Shown here: positions 46,586 to 55,841 of the stretch, one piece after another | Position numbering within the stretch: the first letter of the stretch is position 1 | Layout of the letters: every line of letters starts with the position of its first letter | Assembly (NCBI GenBank): GCA_964507645.1 | Contig: CAZDPU010000003.1 | Location: 4,274-68,273, forward strand | DNA from: an uncultured bacterium | GTDB lineage: Bacteria; UBP7; UBA6624 | Length of the DNA stretch: 64,000 nt | Direction: 5' to 3' | Made by a program: the position numbers and the translations under genes | Notes under the pieces: generated by a model | Databases searched by the model: none | Told to the model about the DNA's origin: nothing | What the model saw: only the letters and a program-made list of their open reading frames with translations

Positions 46586-47977
46586 CTAAAAATTATGTTG
46601 GAATCCTGCAAAAATATTTTCTTCAGAGTTTTGTATTTTTTCAAAACCTAAGACAATATTGGTTTTTTCTGAAATTGGTATCCCTAATTTTATTTTTAAG
46701 TTTAAATCTAAATCCTCTGGCCACCAAACTATACTTTGAAAGTTTATTTTTTTACCCTCATTGGAAAATTCTGCGGCAGTATTACCTCTGAAAGTTCCAG
46801 CACCAAAGTTCATATTTTCATTTCTTAAACCTGTAAAAAAGCTTGTATCAGAATCTTCCCACCATTCATGGTTTAATCCTATATACCAGCTCTCTTTAAA
46901 AAATGTAAATCTGACTTCGCTTGCAAGTTTTTCTGTTGATTGATTTTCATTTTTTAGGTAGAAAAGTCCTATATTGGAAGATCTTTCAAGTTCATTTATG
47001 CTTGTGAATGTTGAATTTATAGACTCTGCTGTCTTGTTTATATTTTCAGTTGTGTTTTTTATATCCTGTAAAAAAGACTCTTCAGAAAGTGATGATGTCA
47101 TTGCTTCAATGTCATCCAAAATTTCTTTTAATTCTTTTTCAAGTCCATCTAGTCTTGAGTCTATTTTTAAATTATCAACTTCATTTTTTAACGAGGAGAC
47201 AGTTTCGTCAGTTTTTTCAAGTATTGAATTTAATTGCTCAGGCATCTTTCTGGTAGATTCTTTTATGTTTGATGTTGTTTCGTTTAGGTTTGAAACTACC
47301 CCATCCGTCTTGGTGGTTATTTCTTTAACAGAATCTCTTAGCTCTTTAGTCATTGTGTCTATGTTTCCTATTGTTGAGCTTAGCTTTGGTCCAATATCAT
47401 CCATAGTTACACTCATTTCTTCTAGTATTCTGTTGACCCCTAACAAAGTTGTGGTTCTTAATTGTTTTATGACGCCTTCTAGCTCCTTTACTGCATCATC
47501 TAAATTTGGTGTAGCTTCGTATATCCCAACAGCGGTTGCTTTATCTTTTAGGAATCCTTCTGGAACATTTTCATTACAGCCAGAATCTTCATCACCTGTT
47601 AACTCTTGAGGGTTCTCTTTTCCTTTCAAGGCACATGTGTAAATATCTAAAGATGCATCTCCAAGAAGGCTTCCCGTATTTACCGTGTAATAGCTTCTGT
47701 TTGGAACTCGTATACCTCTATAGAGGCCCAAAACAACCATTGCCCCTCCGGCATCTGGATCACTGTAAACACTATTTACTGTTCCAACTCTTACACCATT
47801 TTGCCTGACATCAGCTCCTCTTACAAGTCCTTTTACATTCCTGAACCTTACATTAACCTCTAATCCTTTTCTTGATTCAACCGTGTTCCAGCTAAACCAA
47901 AAAACCAACACTATTAAAATTGAAATCGTTAAAAATACGAAAAATCCGAGCTTAATTAGGTGTGATTGGTTATTCAT
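46586..47977 (-). CDS. MCE/MlaD-domain protein with long helical region and beta-rich C-terminal domain
   Basis: N-terminal TM; MCE domain (VRFRNVKGLVRGADVRQNGVRVGTV); about 180 aa of Ser/Thr/Glu-rich helical repeats; a final ~130 aa with alternating aromatic and polar residues, ending ...FAGFQHNF. Confidence 0.75.
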   Translation of the reverse strand: MNNQSHLIKLGFFVFLTISILIVLVFWFSWNTVESRKGLEVNVRFRNVKGLVRGADVRQNGVRVGTVNSVYSDPDAGGAMVVLGLYRGIRVPNRSYYTVNTGSLLGDASLDIYTCALKGKENPQELTGDEDSGCNENVPEGFLKDKATAVGIYEATPNLDDAVKELEGVIKQLRTTTLLGVNRILEEMSVTMDDIGPKLSSTIGNIDTMTKELRDSVKEITTKTDGVVSNLNETTSNIKESTRKMPEQLNSILEKTDETVSSLKNEVDNLKIDSRLDGLEKELKEILDDIEAMTSSLSEESFLQDIKNTTENINKTAESINSTFTSINELERSSNIGLFYLKNENQSTEKLASEVRFTFFKESWYIGLNHEWWEDSDTSFFTGLRNENMNFGAGTFRGNTAAEFSNEGKKINFQSIVWWPEDLDLNLKIKLGIPISEKTNIVLGFEKIQNSEENIFAGFQHNF

Positions 47978-48005
47978 TCTTCTCTAATTATAAAATTCTT
48001 ATTCA

Positions 48006-48773
48006 TTAAGTTGGTAATCCTTTAATAAACTTGCTTAATTTTCTCAAATTTGTATCCTTGTAATCTGTTTTTTCTGAATTTATAATTTTGTTTAGGTTTT
48101 TGTTATCTACAGTTGCTCCAACTACCCCATCTTCTATAAGTATTGCCTGTGTGCAAACTTCTGATATGAAGGCTATGTCATGGCTTACTATTATTGAGAT
48201 TTTAGAATTAGACAATGAAGACTTAATGATTTCTATTATGCTTCTAGATCTTTGAGGGTCAAGCCCTGTTGTTGGTTCATCAAAAAGCATAATTTCAGGA
48301 CTTGTTACGAGGGTTCTCGCCAAACCCACCCTTCTTGCTTGCCCTCCGGAAAGCTGACTTACAAACCTCTTTCTTATATTTTCAACATTATCCAAGCCAA
48401 CAGATTCTAAAATTTTTTCAATTTTTGAATCCCATTCCCCTTTTTCAACCCCTGTTGAATCCATTGCAAATTTCAAATTGCCTTCAACGTTTAAAAAATC
48501 AAACAATGCTCCACCTTGAAAAACCATGCCTATTTTTTTTGACATCTTTTTTTTCTCAATAATGGTGTTTTTCCAGACTGATTCACCATTTATCAAGATA
48601 TCACCTTCGTCGGGCCTTAAAAGACCTCCTATTATTCGCAATAAGGTAGATTTTCCACAACCGCTTTGGCCAAGTATTCCAAAAACACCTTCAGGTATTG
48701 AGTGATTAAAATTTTCTAATATTTTTTCACCTAGGTTATGCCCAAAAGAAATATTTTTAACTTCAATTTTCAT
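48006..48773 (-). CDS. mlaF: MlaF-type ABC ATP-binding protein
   Basis: GQSGCGKSTLL, LSGGQARRVGLAR and MLFDEPTTGLDP. It lies between the MlaE and MCE genes. Confidence 0.8.
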   Translation of the reverse strand: MKIEVKNISFGHNLGEKILENFNHSIPEGVFGILGQSGCGKSTLLRIIGGLLRPDEGDILINGESVWKNTIIEKKKMSKKIGMVFQGGALFDFLNVEGNLKFAMDSTGVEKGEWDSKIEKILESVGLDNVENIRKRFVSQLSGGQARRVGLARTLVTSPEIMLFDEPTTGLDPQRSRSIIEIIKSSLSNSKISIIVSHDIAFISEVCTQAILIEDGVVGATVDNKNLNKIINSEKTDYKDTNLRKLSKFIKGLPT

Positions 48774-48776
48774 TAT

Positions 48777-49568
48777 TCAAAAAACAAGGACAGTCATTAT
48801 TAAATTTGCTATGAGTATAAAAGTCATAGAGCCTACAACTCCAATTTGAATCCTTCTTGAAAGCTCTTCTGAACTCTGATGAACAGTCCACCCTTGGTAA
48901 AAACTAACTATGGTAATTATTGCTCCAAAAATTACGCTTTTGTAAATTGAATGGAATAATTTTTCTATTTCAAATAGATCCAAGATAGAGAAGGTCCAAG
49001 TGCTCCAGGATAAATGAAGAACTCTTTCAGCGGCAAAATATCCTGCAATATTACCCATTACGCAGCCGAGTATTGTCAAGCAAGGAAGTGCGACCATTAA
49101 TCCAATAAGCCTTGGAAAAAATAAAAATTGAATTGGATCTGTCGATATACTTTTGAGGGCTTCGATTTGTTCAGTAATCTTCATCGTCCCTATAGATGCA
49201 GTTATAGCGCTTCCCGTCCTTCCTGCTACAACAAGTCCAACCAGTATTGGAACAAGCTGGGTTACTAACATTTGAGTTACCCCGCCTCCCATAAATTCAG
49301 CACCTACCCCTGCCCTTCTAACTTCTTCCGCTATCAAGTAAGATGATGTTACTCCTGCAACAGCACTTGTTATTGCTACTATCCCAAAGGCATTTACTCC
49401 AGAGCTTGATGAAAAATATACAAATTCAGAAAAATAAAACTTGTAAGGTCCATGAAGGCCTTCCCATATAGAAGAGACAAAACTTCCCAGATTTCTAAAT
49501 GCTCCTCTACCCAAGTCGGAAGACTGTTCTGTTATGCTTTTTCCTATATTCAAGAATAAACGTTTCAT
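48777..49568 (-). CDS. mlaE: MlaE-type ABC permease
   Basis: A 263-aa polytopic protein with MlaE/YrbE-like regions (GRTGSAITASIGTMKITEQIEAL). Confidence 0.8.
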   Translation of the reverse strand: MKRLFLNIGKSITEQSSDLGRGAFRNLGSFVSSIWEGLHGPYKFYFSEFVYFSSSSGVNAFGIVAITSAVAGVTSSYLIAEEVRRAGVGAEFMGGGVTQMLVTQLVPILVGLVVAGRTGSAITASIGTMKITEQIEALKSISTDPIQFLFFPRLIGLMVALPCLTILGCVMGNIAGYFAAERVLHLSWSTWTFSILDLFEIEKLFHSIYKSVIFGAIITIVSFYQGWTVHQSSEELSRRIQIGVVGSMTFILIANLIMTVLVF

Positions 49569-49593
49569 ATATGTTTTATTCTAGATAAATAAT

Positions 49594-50520
49594 CTATATA
49601 TCTCCTGTCGCTACTTGAAAAACCTCCCCCATCCCAAATGGAGAAATTAATTCTTTCATTGACATTCGGCTTTTATAAGAGTCATCTTTCATGAATGTTT
49701 TTTCTGATGACTCTATTTTGTCCAAAGAGAAATTTGTTAATGTTTTGATTTCTAAGTTTTTTAAATTATATTTTTTTGAAAGATCGGAGAATCTTCCCCA
49801 TCTTACATCTGTTGTCCAGTCTGTTTCTCCTGGATTTGAAAATGGAGAAATTTGTTTATGTTTTTTAAAACCTCTTAAGCTATCTCCATAGATGCTTTTT
49901 TTTCCATAGTCTAAAAAAAGAAAACTTGAGTTTTTGAAATTTTGTTTTAAGTTTTTTATGAATTTTTCTAAAGATGGATGAAATTCGATAATTTCATTTT
50001 CTCTAGGATTCTTTAGATTTTTTAGAAAATCATTTATTTTTTTAATATTTTTCCATTCATTTTTCCATCTTCCGCTATCGTAAAACCAATGTTCTTCAAG
50101 CCATTTTTTTTCCAATTTGAATCTCCTTGTCGGGAATGCATCTAAAAACTCAATACCCAAAATCAAAGATTCTTTTTTAATTTTCTTTTTAAAGTATTCC
50201 TGAGGTTTTATTGTTTCTATATCACTATTTTTAGCCCAATCAACAATTGTGTATTTCTTGATTTTCTTCAACGCAGTAACTTGATTTGCAAAATATCCAT
50301 CCCCCCCACCAAATTCAACAATTTCTTTATATCCCTTTTTTTCAACTTCAATACAAACCATTTTTGCAAATATGTTACTCAGGTGTATGGGTGTGTAAAA
50401 GTCTCCCGAAGCTCCAGGTTCATTTTTTCTTTTTCTGTAATATCCTCTTTCTGGGTGGTATAGGGCAATTTCCATCCATTCATCAGTTCTATAAGTTTCA
50501 TTTTTGTTAAGCCATTTCAT
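49594..50520 (-). CDS. MidA/NDUFAF7-family SAM-dependent methyltransferase (DUF185)
   Basis: WMEIALYHPERGYY, GDFYTP and VEFGGGDGYFA. Confidence 0.7.
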   Translation of the reverse strand: MKWLNKNETYRTDEWMEIALYHPERGYYRKRKNEPGASGDFYTPIHLSNIFAKMVCIEVEKKGYKEIVEFGGGDGYFANQVTALKKIKKYTIVDWAKNSDIETIKPQEYFKKKIKKESLILGIEFLDAFPTRRFKLEKKWLEEHWFYDSGRWKNEWKNIKKINDFLKNLKNPRENEIIEFHPSLEKFIKNLKQNFKNSSFLFLDYGKKSIYGDSLRGFKKHKQISPFSNPGETDWTTDVRWGRFSDLSKKYNLKNLEIKTLTNFSLDKIESSEKTFMKDDSYKSRMSMKELISPFGMGEVFQVATGDI

Positions 50521-50566
50521 TATTTAGTATGAATTCTATAATTTGAAATCTTATAATTGATACCTG

Positions 50567-50863
50567 ATGAACAGAAGAAATGAATACGAAGAGATCGTTT
50601 CAAAGCTTGCTCGTTTGAGCAATCTTGATTTAAGTAGCGATGAAATTTCTGTTTATTCAAAAGAATTTCCTAAGCTTTTAGGTTGGATGAATCAGATTTT
50701 AGAAAAGAATGTTGAAACCGATGATCAATTTCACAAAAAAACAAACGAGGCAGAAGAGGATGTTGAGATAAAGTCCCTTTCAAGGGATGTCATTTTGAAA
50801 TTAGCAAACACTTCAAAAGACGGTTATATTTCTGCATCTAGGCCAAAAGGAAGAAAAACATAA
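50567..50863 (+). CDS. gatC: Asp/Glu-tRNA amidotransferase subunit C
   Basis: 98 aa; KLARLSNLDLSSDEI...LLGWMNQI has the GatC pattern. Confidence 0.75.
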   Translation: MNRRNEYEEIVSKLARLSNLDLSSDEISVYSKEFPKLLGWMNQILEKNVETDDQFHKKTNEAEEDVEIKSLSRDVILKLANTSKDGYISASRPKGRKT

Positions 50864-50867
50864 TCTT

Positions 50868-51848
50868 ATGAAGGGCATCAAAAAGCTCGTTCTTGAATGC
50901 TGCAAGCTCATGCTTGAGAAAAATGAGGTTAATGAAATTTCAGGGATAAGGTCTCGTTATTTAGAGAAAATTACTTCAAATCTAAAATTAATGAAGGGTC
51001 TTGACGGAGAGGAAAAAAAATCACTTGGAATGGAGGTTAATTTAGCAAGGAATGAAATAATTGGAAAATACAAGGAAAGGCTAAAGGAAATTGACAAAGG
51101 CAAGGTGTCAAGCTTAAGCAAAGAGCATTCCAGGAATAAGTATCTTCCTTCAAACAAAAAGGTTAATGGAAAACTTCATCCACTCGAAATCGTCAAAAGA
51201 GAATCGGTTGAAATCTTTAAAACAATGGGATTCTCAGTTGTTGATGGACCTGAGGTTGAGTCTGAAAAGAATAATTTTTCACTATTGAACATACCAAAAG
51301 ATCATCCTGCAAGAGATGAAACAGACACCTTTTGGCTAAATGGAGATTTGCTTTTAAGGACTCACACGTCCTCAGTTCAATCAAAAGTAATGCAGGAAGA
51401 AGAGCTTCCATTAAGGATTATTTGTCCTGGAAGGGTCTACAGGAGAGAGAATGACGACAGCACGCATGCAAGTGTTTTTCACCAGATAGAAGGCCTTTTA
51501 ATAGATAGAGAGATTAAATTTTCAGACCTTAAAGGCTTGCTGGCTGAATTTTGCAAGGAGTTTTTTGGAGACGTTACTGTTAGATTTAGACCAGATTATT
51601 TTCCTTTTACAGAACCATCTGCCGAGGTTGCAATTGCTTACAGTGGTAATAAAAATGAAAACTGGATTGAGGTTGGTGGTTGTGGGATGGTTCATCCAAA
51701 TGTTTTAGAAATGTCAGGAATCAACTCCAAGGACTGGAAGGGTCTGGCTTTCGGGATGGGTGTTGACAGGCTTACCATGCTTAGGTACGGAATAAAGGAT
51801 ATTAGGCTTTTGCTTGAAGGCGGTTCTAGGTTTATTGAGCAGTTTTGA
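50868..51848 (+). CDS. pheS: Phenylalanine--tRNA ligase alpha subunit
   Basis: HPARDETDTFW, LLRTHTSSVQ, FPFTEPSAEV and GMGVDRL. Confidence 0.93.
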   Translation: MKGIKKLVLECCKLMLEKNEVNEISGIRSRYLEKITSNLKLMKGLDGEEKKSLGMEVNLARNEIIGKYKERLKEIDKGKVSSLSKEHSRNKYLPSNKKVNGKLHPLEIVKRESVEIFKTMGFSVVDGPEVESEKNNFSLLNIPKDHPARDETDTFWLNGDLLLRTHTSSVQSKVMQEEELPLRIICPGRVYRRENDDSTHASVFHQIEGLLIDREIKFSDLKGLLAEFCKEFFGDVTVRFRPDYFPFTEPSAEVAIAYSGNKNENWIEVGGCGMVHPNVLEMSGINSKDWKGLAFGMGVDRLTMLRYGIKDIRLLLEGGSRFIEQF

Positions 51849-52929
51849 CCCAATAGCCTACAGGGGGGAAAGTTTTGCCCTTTTCGACCTTGCTTTTTTG
51901 AAAAAGGCGATTTCAGATTTAAAAATAAAACCTAAAAATAAAGTAATTACAGTAAGGGGAACCAATGGAAAAACTTCTACTTCTTTGTTTTTAGATTCGA
52001 TAATTAGGCAAAATAAATTTAGCTGTATCGCTTTTATATCTCCTCATGTCTTCAATCCGAATGAGAGGATATTGATAAATGGGACAAAGATAGCCATATC
52101 CTTATTGTCAGAATTTGACAAGCTTATATCTATTTATGAAAAAAGTGTAAAAAGGAAGTTTACTTATTTTGAAGCTTTGTTTTTGATCTGTCTTTTTTTA
52201 AACAAACAAGAGAAGGTTGATTACTTAGTGCTAGAAGCAGGACTTGGAGGTCCAAAGGATGCAACAGCATCAGTGCTTTCAGACCTGATTGTTTTAACCT
52301 CTATAGGCCTTGACCACCAAGAGTTTTTGGGAGATACTAGGGAAAAAATACTAAAGTCAAAAACTTCAGACATTAAAAATGTTCAATTGATAACTTTTTC
52401 TGAAAACAAAAAGTATAAAGGTTTGTTTTTAAAAAATGTAATTTATGTCAACTCCAATTCCAAGGAAGGGTTTTTGGAAAAGAATAAAATTTTAGCGATA
52501 GCTGCAGCAAATTTTTTAAAAATGAGTTTAAAGGAGGATGATTTAAAGCTGGATTTTCATATAAATGGACGCTTTCAGGTCTTGAGAAAAAAACCATTTC
52601 TTGTTTTGGATGGAGCTCACAATCGAGAAGGTTTAATCTACCTGTTCGAGAATTTAAAAGATTTCAAAATAAAAAGAGCATTGGTGGGCATGAAGAAAGG
52701 AAAGTTGAAAGATTGCGAAGAGGTTATCCGTAATTTTGGCTTTGATGAAATTGCATGGTGCGACCTTCCTCAACCCTGGGATTCAGATTCTCCTCCAAAA
52801 GATTGGGATTTTTTAAAAACAGATTCTGAAATATTAGAATGGGTTCTCAAGAGTAAAAAAGATTCTCTTATTGTTGGGTCTTTGTATCTGAGCTCTAGAT
52901 TATTGAAATTATTTAATGGAAAATTATAG
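51814..52929 (+). CDS. folC: Folylpolyglutamate synthase/dihydrofolate synthase
   Basis: Mur-ligase P-loop RGTNGKTSTS, LEAGLGGPKDAT and LDGAHN. The start is uncertain: TTG 51814 lies inside the pheS 3' end, and later TTG codons are possible. Confidence 0.75.
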   Translation: MKAVLGLLSSFDPIAYRGESFALFDLAFLKKAISDLKIKPKNKVITVRGTNGKTSTSLFLDSIIRQNKFSCIAFISPHVFNPNERILINGTKIAISLLSEFDKLISIYEKSVKRKFTYFEALFLICLFLNKQEKVDYLVLEAGLGGPKDATASVLSDLIVLTSIGLDHQEFLGDTREKILKSKTSDIKNVQLITFSENKKYKGLFLKNVIYVNSNSKEGFLEKNKILAIAAANFLKMSLKEDDLKLDFHINGRFQVLRKKPFLVLDGAHNREGLIYLFENLKDFKIKRALVGMKKGKLKDCEEVIRNFGFDEIAWCDLPQPWDSDSPPKDWDFLKTDSEILEWVLKSKKDSLIVGSLYLSSRLLKLFNGKL

Positions 52930-53314
52930 AAAAGAATCAGGGTTTAAAGGTTTTGTTTTTAGACATTCAAAACAGTTGTATGTTCTTTTTATCTCAATCG
53001 TTTCTTTCTTCTTTTTCATCAAAGCTTATGGAGATGAAAATTCTTTTGAAGTTTTTGAAAAAAGGTCGGACAATGTCAGTATTTATGTTGGATCTTTTAC
53101 TGATTCAGAAGCTTTAGAAAGTTTTTTGTCTAAATTTTCATCTTGGTCAAATGAAGAGTCTCTAAACCTATATCCTCCTCCTTATATAAAAGTTAAAAGA
53201 GATAATAACAATATGATAGTAACTTGGGGTCCTTTCAAGCATGATTACGCAAAAGGCATGTTGGAAAAGATATTAAATAGATGGAATGTACTGGCGGAAA
53301 TAAAAAATGAGTGA
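52916..53314 (+). CDS. Membrane-anchored SPOR-like domain protein (DedD-like position)
   Basis: One TM helix followed by a ~75-aa region (VSIYVGSFTDSEALESF...MIVTWGPFKHDYAKGMLEKI) resembling the SPOR fold pattern. It lies directly downstream of folC, as dedD does in E. coli. Confidence 0.45.
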   Translation: MENYRKESGFKGFVFRHSKQLYVLFISIVSFFFFIKAYGDENSFEVFEKRSDNVSIYVGSFTDSEALESFLSKFSSWSNEESLNLYPPPYIKVKRDNNNMIVTWGPFKHDYAKGMLEKILNRWNVLAEIKNE

Positions 53315-54299
53315 TTTCTCTTCTCTTTGGTCGAATCTGGACAAGTCTGTTATAGATGATTTAAATAGAGAGTGTGATAAGCTTTCAGGAGAGCCAGATG
53401 GAGAATGGTATGACGAAGTTTTATATCATATTGCAAAAACTGGAGGGAAGAGAGTTAGGCCAAAGTTCCTACTTATTATGCTTGATTTTTTCAAATGCAA
53501 GATCGATAAGAGGGCTATAAAACTTGGTGCGCTTGTTGAAACATTGCATCAAGTCAGTCTTTTACATGATGACGTGGTTGACGATGCCCCGAAAAGAAGA
53601 TCAGAAATAAGTGTAAATTTGGGATGGGGTCCAAAAACAGCAATACTTCTAGGAGATTTTTTACTAGGTAGGGTTTTGGAGGTTTTATCAGAAGATCATG
53701 ACAGAAAGGTTATAGGAGATTTTGCAAGAGCTTCAAGAGCTTTATCAAGAGGAATTCTTTTAGAGCATGAAGCTAGATATGATTTTCAAGTTTCCGATGG
53801 CCTTCTTTCCAGGATAGCTCAAGAAAAAACAGGCTCTCTTTTCAGGCTTTCAGCTGAGATTTCGGGGAGAATAGCTGGACTTAATGAAGACAAGATTAAA
53901 TCTTTAGCTTTTGCTGGAGAGTTAATAGGGGAAAGTTTTCAGCTAATTGATGATTGTTTAGATTGGGTTGGTGGGGAGAGCGTCGTTGGAAAACCTACCG
54001 GACATGACCTTTTGGAAGGTTTTGTGAATAGGCCTTTGGTCCGTTTGCGAGAAAAGCATATTTTTGAACCCGGAGATTATCCAAGAAAACATGATATAAA
54101 AAAATGGAAGATTTGGGTAAAAGACAATATTGCTGAAATAAGCAACTTAATGATGGATAAAAATATAGTTGAGGATTGCATAACAGAGGCTGAGTCACTT
54201 TTAAAAGAGGCATTTGAGATCATGGAGTCGATTCTCCCGAAAGACTGTGACTTTAGCCCTAAATCATGGCTTGAGATTTTTTCAAGGAGGATGAAATGA
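53307..54299 (+). CDS. ispB: Polyprenyl diphosphate synthase (IspB-like)
   Basis: First DDxxD motif LLHDDVVDD...RR and second motif FQLIDDCLD. Confidence 0.85.
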   Translation: MSDFSSLWSNLDKSVIDDLNRECDKLSGEPDGEWYDEVLYHIAKTGGKRVRPKFLLIMLDFFKCKIDKRAIKLGALVETLHQVSLLHDDVVDDAPKRRSEISVNLGWGPKTAILLGDFLLGRVLEVLSEDHDRKVIGDFARASRALSRGILLEHEARYDFQVSDGLLSRIAQEKTGSLFRLSAEISGRIAGLNEDKIKSLAFAGELIGESFQLIDDCLDWVGGESVVGKPTGHDLLEGFVNRPLVRLREKHIFEPGDYPRKHDIKKWKIWVKDNIAEISNLMMDKNIVEDCITEAESLLKEAFEIMESILPKDCDFSPKSWLEIFSRRMK

Positions 54300-55186
54300 A
54301 GAATAAGAAAGGATGGATCGTGTTTTTTGTTATATTGCTTTTGACGGTTTTTATAGATGATAGTGATTTAAATTACTCAACAGGATCTAGTATAGCTCTG
54401 CTTGATATCAAAGGTGCAATAATGCAGGAATCTTCTGGAATGAATGTTGGAAGCAGGGCTGTTGCAAATGCTATTTTAGATGCAGCAAAAAATGACAACA
54501 TTAAGGCTCTTTTCTTGGATATAAATAGTCCTGGAGGAACTGTTGGAGGTTCTCAGGAAATATATTGGGCATTAAGAAAATTTAGAGAGGCAGAATACAT
54601 AGATGAAAACATGTTGACAAAAAACAAGATAATACATTCTTACATTGGAGAGCTTGGTGCTTCAGGAGGCTATTATGCTGCAAGTGCTTCGAATCATATT
54701 TCATCACTACCCTCTTCTCTTGTGGGCTCAATAGGCGTTATTTTTTCAAATTTTAATTTTGTGAAGCTTATGGAAAAAGTTGGAATTCAAGATCAAACCT
54801 TTACGGCTGGAGAGTACAAGGACCTGGGGAGCTCTTTCAAGGATATGAGTGACGAAGACAGAATTGTTATCCAGGAGATGATAGATGAATCCTATGAAGT
54901 CTTTGTTCAGGATGTTGCTTGGGGAAGGAAGGACTTAGGTGTTGAAGGCGTAAGAAGTCTTGCAAATGGCTGGGTGTATTCAGGGAATAAAGCTTTAGAA
55001 AATGGATTAATTGATGCTGTTGTTTACAGTTATGAGGATGCTTTAAACTATCTTTGTAAAGAGGTAGGAGAGAGTAATGGTTGTAAAACTTTTTCAATTA
55101 CCCCAGAGTCAGACCCTTTCGGAGACATATTTAATATTCTTGGCCGTTTTAGCTTTTTAAATAAAGAGCTTTTTGCAATTTATTAA
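54296..55186 (+). CDS. sppA: Signal peptide peptidase SppA (36K type)
   Basis: N-terminal TM, INSPGGTVGGS, GASGGYY and the catalytic Ser/Lys regions. Confidence 0.82.
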   Translation: MKNKKGWIVFFVILLLTVFIDDSDLNYSTGSSIALLDIKGAIMQESSGMNVGSRAVANAILDAAKNDNIKALFLDINSPGGTVGGSQEIYWALRKFREAEYIDENMLTKNKIIHSYIGELGASGGYYAASASNHISSLPSSLVGSIGVIFSNFNFVKLMEKVGIQDQTFTAGEYKDLGSSFKDMSDEDRIVIQEMIDESYEVFVQDVAWGRKDLGVEGVRSLANGWVYSGNKALENGLIDAVVYSYEDALNYLCKEVGESNGCKTFSITPESDPFGDIFNILGRFSFLNKELFAIY

Positions 55187-55201
55187 ATTAAAATACCATC
55201 G

Positions 55202-55834
55202 ATGATAGTACAAGCAGAACCTAGGGAGCTAATCATAACTTGCTTAAATTCTTATGCGAATTTCAATTTAGCTTATTGGAATTATGCAGATCCTGGAAAA
55301 ATTGTAAGATTTTGGGTTGGGTATAGAGAAAGAGCAGAATTTTTAATTTCAGAAATGGATGACTCTGCTGAAAAAGAAGAGATGGTTGCAAGGATTTTTG
55401 AAGCCGATAGAGTTGTTTTGTCCAAAAGGCTAGACAATTTTCGAGTTAAGGATTTTATAAATTTGCCAAGGGATGATGTTCCTTTTGAAAGATGGTGGTG
55501 GTATCTTGACCTGATACAAACAAAGTTTATAAAGCCTAGAGAGGGTTTTATAGGAAGTATGCCTCAATCAGTCTCGAAGCTGTTTGGCTTTGGTGTTGAG
55601 GAAGTTGTTGAAGAAGAAACCACAATAGATCTGTCCAACTTGAAAATTGGGAAAGTTTGGATTGCTCCAGGATGCATTGTTTGTAATGCTTGTGAGGAAA
55701 TATGCCCAGAGGTTTTTGATGTTCAAGAGGAAACTTGTGTGATCAAGCCAGAACCTGATCTTGAATTGGTGCAAGATATAGTTGATGCAGCTGAAGCTTG
55801 CCCTGTAGAGGTTATCAAATTTCAGCCAGCATAG
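55202..55834 (+). CDS. Protein with unknown ~145-aa N-terminal domain fused to a C-terminal single-cluster ferredoxin domain
   Basis: The C-terminal CIVCNACEEICPEVFDV...AAEACPVEVI is a Cx2Cx2C...CP ferredoxin. I recognise no motif in the N-terminal region. Confidence 0.6.
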   Translation: MIVQAEPRELIITCLNSYANFNLAYWNYADPGKIVRFWVGYRERAEFLISEMDDSAEKEEMVARIFEADRVVLSKRLDNFRVKDFINLPRDDVPFERWWWYLDLIQTKFIKPREGFIGSMPQSVSKLFGFGVEEVVEEETTIDLSNLKIGKVWIAPGCIVCNACEEICPEVFDVQEETCVIKPEPDLELVQDIVDAAEACPVEVIKFQPA

Positions 55835-55841
55835 CTGCAAG

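Noticed and set aside
46974-47609. A 211-aa plus-strand ORF, very Ser-rich, inside the MCE gene.
   Set aside because: It is the antisense shadow of the Ser/Thr/Glu-rich helical repeat region of the MCE protein and has no independent start context or motifs. The same reasoning applies to the other antisense ORFs at 47050-47256 and 47536-47808.
50868-52929. pheS not followed by pheT, as a possible rearrangement or deletion.
   Set aside because: Separated pheS and pheT genes are normal in several bacterial lineages. pheS looks intact, and the junction with folC shows no scars.
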